DNA of 10,369 nucleotides from contig CBFFRQ010000130.1 of assembly GCA_965644315.1 (NCBI GenBank), positions 1 through 10,369 of the forward strand. Direction: 5' to 3'. This DNA is from Caecitellus pseudoparvulus (lineage: Eukaryota > Protista > Bigyra: Bicosoecida). Shown here piece by piece: positions 6,701 to 10,369 of the stretch. The notes beneath the pieces are model-generated. The model was not told the origin of the DNA, did no database searches, and saw nothing but the letters and a program-made list of their open reading frames with translations. Within the stretch, counting starts at the first letter, position 1. The number at the start of each line of letters is the position of its first letter. Made by a program: the position numbers and the translations under genes.

Positions 6701-7318
6701 ACAGGCAAGCCGGAAGCCAAAGTCGGGCTTGCCTTCAGGCCCAGCGTGCACGTCCACTTCGCGATGCCCAGACAGGCCCAGCAGTGCACGAACCACGCCC
6801 ACATGCCCCTCGCGACAAGCGACACGAAATCCGACTTCAGGGCCGTTACTGAACCCTGCATGCACATCCACCTCCCGGTCACCGCTGAGAGCAAGCAACT
6901 CACGCACCACTCCCGCATGCCCGTTCGCACAGGCACGTCGAAAGCCAGCCTCAGGCATTCCGCCAGCCTCTGCATTTACATTCACCGCAGCTGCTCCGGT
7001 CACACCCAACAGCTCACGCACCATGCCCACATGCCCGCCCCCACATGCTGACCGGAACGCCTTGTCAAACATGCCCTGCTGAGCACACACTACCCCCTCT
7101 TCGACTGTGCCGACCACCTGCTTCAGCAACTCGACGGCATAAGCTTCGCAAGCCACTCTCGCAGCCTCCGCAACATCTCCCGGCGCGAGGGTCCCCATGT
7201 TCGCCTTTCCCGACTCAAGATCTTCCTCCAGCAGTGCCAACAGACACGCCACATCATTTAACCTGCACGCTGCCCGCCAACGATCCAGCCAGGTGCCGCC
7301 ACTGCCGCCATACGCCAT
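6512..7318 (-). CDS. Ankyrin-repeat protein A (4 clear 38-aa repeats, degenerate N-terminal repeats, conserved C-terminal cap)
   Basis: Repeats of GFRxACxxGHxxVVRELLxLxGxREVDVHA. ATG chosen at 7318 (context ACGCCATGG); the ORF track extends to 7357 using a non-ATG start. Confidence 0.85.
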   Translation of the reverse strand: MAYGGSGGTWLDRWRAACRLNDVACLLALLEEDLESGKANMGTLAPGDVAEAARVACEAYAVELLKQVVGTVEEGVVCAQQGMFDKAFRSACGGGHVGMVRELLGVTGAAAVNVNAEAGGMPEAGFRRACANGHAGVVRELLALSGDREVDVHAGFSNGPEVGFRVACREGHVGVVRALLGLSGHREVDVHAGPEGKPDFGFRLACVNEHVRVLRELLGLTGHRAIPLQVRLAAGEVAVQPAKDAVWAGTSTRRGRCDMVLLRADTRR

Positions 7319-7498
7319 GGCGTGGTGTATCCAGTTTCCGCACACACTCCCCAACACTCCTCACTCCATGCGGGATCCCGCACAAAGCTCGCATGCATCC
7401 CGTTGCCCCCCATGTCCCACATTGTGCTATGTTGCAGGCGTCCACAGTTTGACTCACCCTGCCCACTGTGCTGCATTTCCGTGAGTGTGGCATCACAC

Positions 7499-8773
7499 TC
7501 ACTCCCCCCTGCAACCAACCCACACTGCGATCACCACCACCACCACCAACACCACCACCACCGCTGCCGCTGCCACTGCCACTGCCACAGCCCAGGCCGC
7601 GCTGCATGCCCACGTTGCCGTCGTGTACCTCCCCGCAGCAGCAGCATGCCACCTCGCCCTCGCCGGGTGCTGGGGCCGGCGCACACAGAATCTCTTGGCC
7701 GGCTGCACAGACACTTGCCCCGCAGGCAGTCGAGCCTGGAGGGGGATGGTTCGGTGTCCAGAGTGGCCCAGCAGCTCACACAGAACATGAACGTGCCCAT
7801 TCTCGCAGGCAGCTCGGAAGCCAGCTTCCGGTTTGCCCTCAGGCCCGGCACGCACGTCCACCTCCCGATGTCCCGTCAGAGCCAGCAGCTCACGGACCAC
7901 AGCGAGGTGCCCATTCGCACAGGCACGTCGAAAGCCAGCCTCAGGCCCGCAACAATCTCCGGCGTGTACGTCCACTTCCCGCTCGCCACCCAGATCAAGC
8001 AGCGCGCGGACCACATCAATATGCCCATTCGCACAGGCAAGCCGAAAGCCAGCCTCAGGCCCGCAACAATCTCCGGCGTGTACGTCCACTTCCCACTCGC
8101 CACCCAGAGCAAGCAGCGCGCGGACCACATCAATGTGCCCATTCGCACAGGCAAGCCGAAAGCCATGCTCAGGCCTGCCCTCAGGCCCAGCATGCACGTC
8201 CACCTTGCGATGCCCCGTCAGTGCCAGCAGCTCTCGCACCACGCCCACGTGACCATTCTTGCAGGCCCATCTGAAGCCAACCTCAGGCCCGCCCTCAGGC
8301 CCCACATGCACGTCCACCTCCCGGTCGCCTGTCAGCGCCAGCAGCTCACGGACCACAGCCAGATGCCCATTCGCACAAGCAACCCAAAAGCAGGCCTCGG
8401 GAACGCCCCTGAAGTCAGCGTGCACATCCATTTCTCGATCACCGGTCAGCGCCAGCAGTTCGCGCAGAACATCAACATGACCGTATATACAAGCAAGTTG
8501 GAGGAGGACCTCAGATCCATCCTCGTCCCTGTAATGCACATTTACAGCAGCCCTCCCCTTCAGCGCCAGCAGTTCGCGCAAAAGTTCGATGTTCCCCTTT
8601 TCGCAGGCTAGAAGGCAGCCAGCAGTTGTGAAGATCCGGAGCATCCTTTCCATTGCCGCACCTACACCAGGCACACACGAGTCCAACATGCCCAGCAGCG
8701 TATCTGTCTGATCACATGCACTCATGATCCGAGTGCGCCCCACAACCAGCTCTGTACTGCTCGCAGCCCCCAT
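7499..8773 (-). CDS. Ankyrin-repeat protein B (8 repeats), C-terminus frameshifted relative to its paralogs
   Basis: Eight LAC/xAC..GH..V.RELL units with a 114-nt period. Likely ATG at 8773 (ACGCCATGG, MGAASS). There is one extra nt at about 7693 compared with genes A and C. Confidence 0.82.
   Translation of the reverse strand: MGAASSTELVVGRTRIMSACDQTDTLLGMLDSCVPGVGAAMERMLRIFTTAGCLLACEKGNIELLRELLALKGRAAVNVHYRDEDGSEVLLQLACIYGHVDVLRELLALTGDREMDVHADFRGVPEACFWVACANGHLAVVRELLALTGDREVDVHVGPEGGPEVGFRWACKNGHVGVVRELLALTGHRKVDVHAGPEGRPEHGFRLACANGHIDVVRALLALGGEWEVDVHAGDCCGPEAGFRLACANGHIDVVRALLDLGGEREVDVHAGDCCGPEAGFRRACANGHLAVVRELLALTGHREVDVRAGPEGKPEAGFRAACENGHVHVLCELLGHSGHRTIPLQARLPAGQVSVQPAKRFCVRRPQHPARARWHAAAAGRYTTATWACSAAWAVAVAVAAAAVVVVLVVVVVIAVWVGCRGE
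7532..7587. repeat. Compound microsatellite (CAC)n followed by (CTGCCR)n
   Basis: caccaccaccaccaccaacaccaccaccaccgctgccgctgccactgccactgcca. Confidence 0.9.
7929..8164. repeat. Near-perfect 114-nt tandem duplication of one ankyrin unit
   Basis: 7929-8042 vs 8043-8156 shows three substitutions by eye. Confidence 0.92.
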
Positions 8774-9296
8774 GGCGTTGCGAAGCCAGATTCCGCACCT
8801 CGCACCCTTGCAAACCAACGCTGCTGCTCAGGCACCCCAGGCACCACACCACCAAACAGTATGGGCGTGTATTTCCACATGCTCAATGGCAGTGCAAGAT
8901 GGGCATGCTGATTTTGAAACAGACAAGGCAGTGTCGTGCCTGGCGCTGCTGCGCTCCTGCGTTGCGGCGCAGCTGCGTTGCGGGACGATCGCGCTGGCGG
9001 CGCAGCTGGCTTCAAACTGACCGGCGCACCGCACTGCTCAGGCACGCTGCGCCGGCCATGCTCTGCCGCCGCACTCCTGCATCACTTCGACCAAGCACGC
9101 CCAAGCATCACAAGACATGATGGTTGCACTTGCCTGAAATGGAATCAAACACCAACATCCTGACCTGCCCGTCACACATCCCGCAGCCCTCCCCCCATTC
9201 GCGCAAGGTTCCAGCTCAAGCACAGGCTGCTCAACATCACTTGCCAGCACGCCTGAGCACCATATACCCGACACGTGCTCCCCACACCTTCAGGGG

Positions 9297-10034
9297 GCCT
9301 TTCACACCCTCACGCCGCGCAGTGGCCGCCTGTATCCCAATGCCAGCCGATCACGCACCCGCCCACCTAGGTGTGTGTCCTTCAATGTGGACCACAGTCC
9401 AAGGATCCAGCTGTCACGACCCGTTCACAGTGTGCGTTGAGCCCTCCTCCCCGTCCCCTTCACACCCGGAAACGGACCTGAACGCCAGACCTGCTCTCCT
9501 TCCCTCTGCTCAAAGCCCCGTTCCCGTCTGCCCCTCGCCCAACGCCACGCCCCGCTTCGCACCACCTGCAGCATGATCACCTCACACACATGGCTCAGTC
9601 AAGGGCAGATACAGCGGGTGATGGCTTCACTTCCAATGCCCCCCCAGCCTCGTCAATGAGCTGAGGTGCCGGAGGCTTGGCATCACACCCAGGCATGGCT
9701 GGGGTGGGCTCGCTGGTGGCGCTGTGGGCCTCCGACTCGGCCAGTGGTCGCGAGGCTGTGGCGGTCATGAGCAGCTGGCCCACACCTGCGTCCATGTCGC
9801 AACGATCCCACAGGCACACCCCAGACCACACGCTGCGCGCCACCATCACCGTCGTGCACCTGCCCGCAGCAGCACCATGTCACACCGCCCACGTCGTGTG
9901 CTGGTGCCGGCCCACACGGCATCCTTGGCCGGCTGCACCGCCTCTTCGCCAGCGGCAAGTCGAGTGTGGAGGGGAATGGCTCGGTGTCCGGTGAGGCCCA
10001 GCAGCTCACGCAGAATATGAACGTGCCAACAGGT
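9297..10034. repeat. Segmental/tandem duplication copy 2 (3' end and 3' flank of gene C)
   Basis: Starts gcctttcacaccctcacgccgcgcagtgg, the same as 5805, and is highly similar through the gene stop and last repeat. Confidence 0.9.
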
Positions 10035-10369
10035 ACAGGCCAGTCGGAAGCCAGCCTCAGGCTCGCCATCCCATGCTGCATGCACGTCAACCTCACGGTG
10101 CCCAGAAAGGCCCAGTAGCTCTCGAACCACGCGAACATGTCCGCTGGCACATGCACCTTGGAAGCCAGCCTCAGGCCCATCCTGGTCCCCAGCATGCACG
10201 TCTACCTCACGATGCCCACTCAATGTAAGTAGCTCCTGCACCACATGAATATGCCCAGACTCGCAGGCAAGGCGGAAGCCAGCCTCGGAACTGCCCCGGT
10301 ATGCCGCATGCACGTCCACCTCACGATCCCCCGTCAGCCTCAATAACTCTCGAGCCACCTCCACTTGAC
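9846..10369 (-). CDS. Ankyrin-repeat protein C, 3' part (5' end outside the window)
   Basis: Three full repeats plus a partial one. The C-terminus GHRAIPLHTRLAAGEEAVQPAKDAVWAGTSTRRGRCDMVLLRAGARR* is nearly the same as gene A. The frame is open at the window edge. Confidence 0.85.
   Translation of the reverse strand, partial: QVEVARELLRLTGDREVDVHAAYRGSSEAGFRLACESGHIHVVQELLTLSGHREVDVHAGDQDGPEAGFQGACASGHVRVVRELLGLSGHREVDVHAAWDGEPEAGFRLACTCWHVHILRELLGLTGHRAIPLHTRLAAGEEAVQPAKDAVWAGTSTRRGRCDMVLLRAGARR

Noticed and set aside
7800-8600. CRISPR-like array
   Set aside because: The periodic sequence is an in-frame coding repeat with degenerate units, not identical repeats with unique spacers, and there are no cas genes.
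7322-8611. 429-aa plus-strand ORF and other repetitive plus-strand ORFs (6177-7082, 6650-7051, 7468-8274)
   Set aside because: These are antisense shadows of the ankyrin genes; their periodicity is inherited from the 114-nt repeat.
1364-10369. Diversity-generating retroelement (RT plus variable repeats) or a prokaryotic retron/integrase system
   Set aside because: The RT is DIRS/Ngaro-type with RNase H inside its own element. The ankyrin repeat differences are not adenine-specific and no non-coding template repeat is seen. The adjacency is explained by insertion.

Overview
GC-rich, most likely eukaryotic (protist-like) DNA with two parts. (1) Positions 1-5804, minus strand, hold a near-complete tyrosine-recombinase retrotransposon (DIRS order, Ngaro/PAT-type). 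It has split direct repeats in the order A1-[gag-like, RT, RNase H, YR]-B1-A2-B2; about 19 nt of B2 probably lie before base 1. Its ORFs are chained by unusual junctions: a 22-aa uORF overlapping the gag start (AUGA), a single in-frame UAG between gag and RT with a gammaretrovirus-like readthrough context, a -1 frame break between RT and RNase H at a C6 run, and an RNase H stop overlapping the YR start. (2) Positions 5805-10369 hold a tandem cluster of three apparently intronless minus-strand genes built from long (38-aa) ankyrin-like repeats, with a constant scaffold and a hypervariable loop. The retroelement sits in the duplicated 3' flank of one gene, and the sister duplicate at about 9290 shows what looks like the empty target site. 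All calls come from reading motifs by eye; no searches were run.
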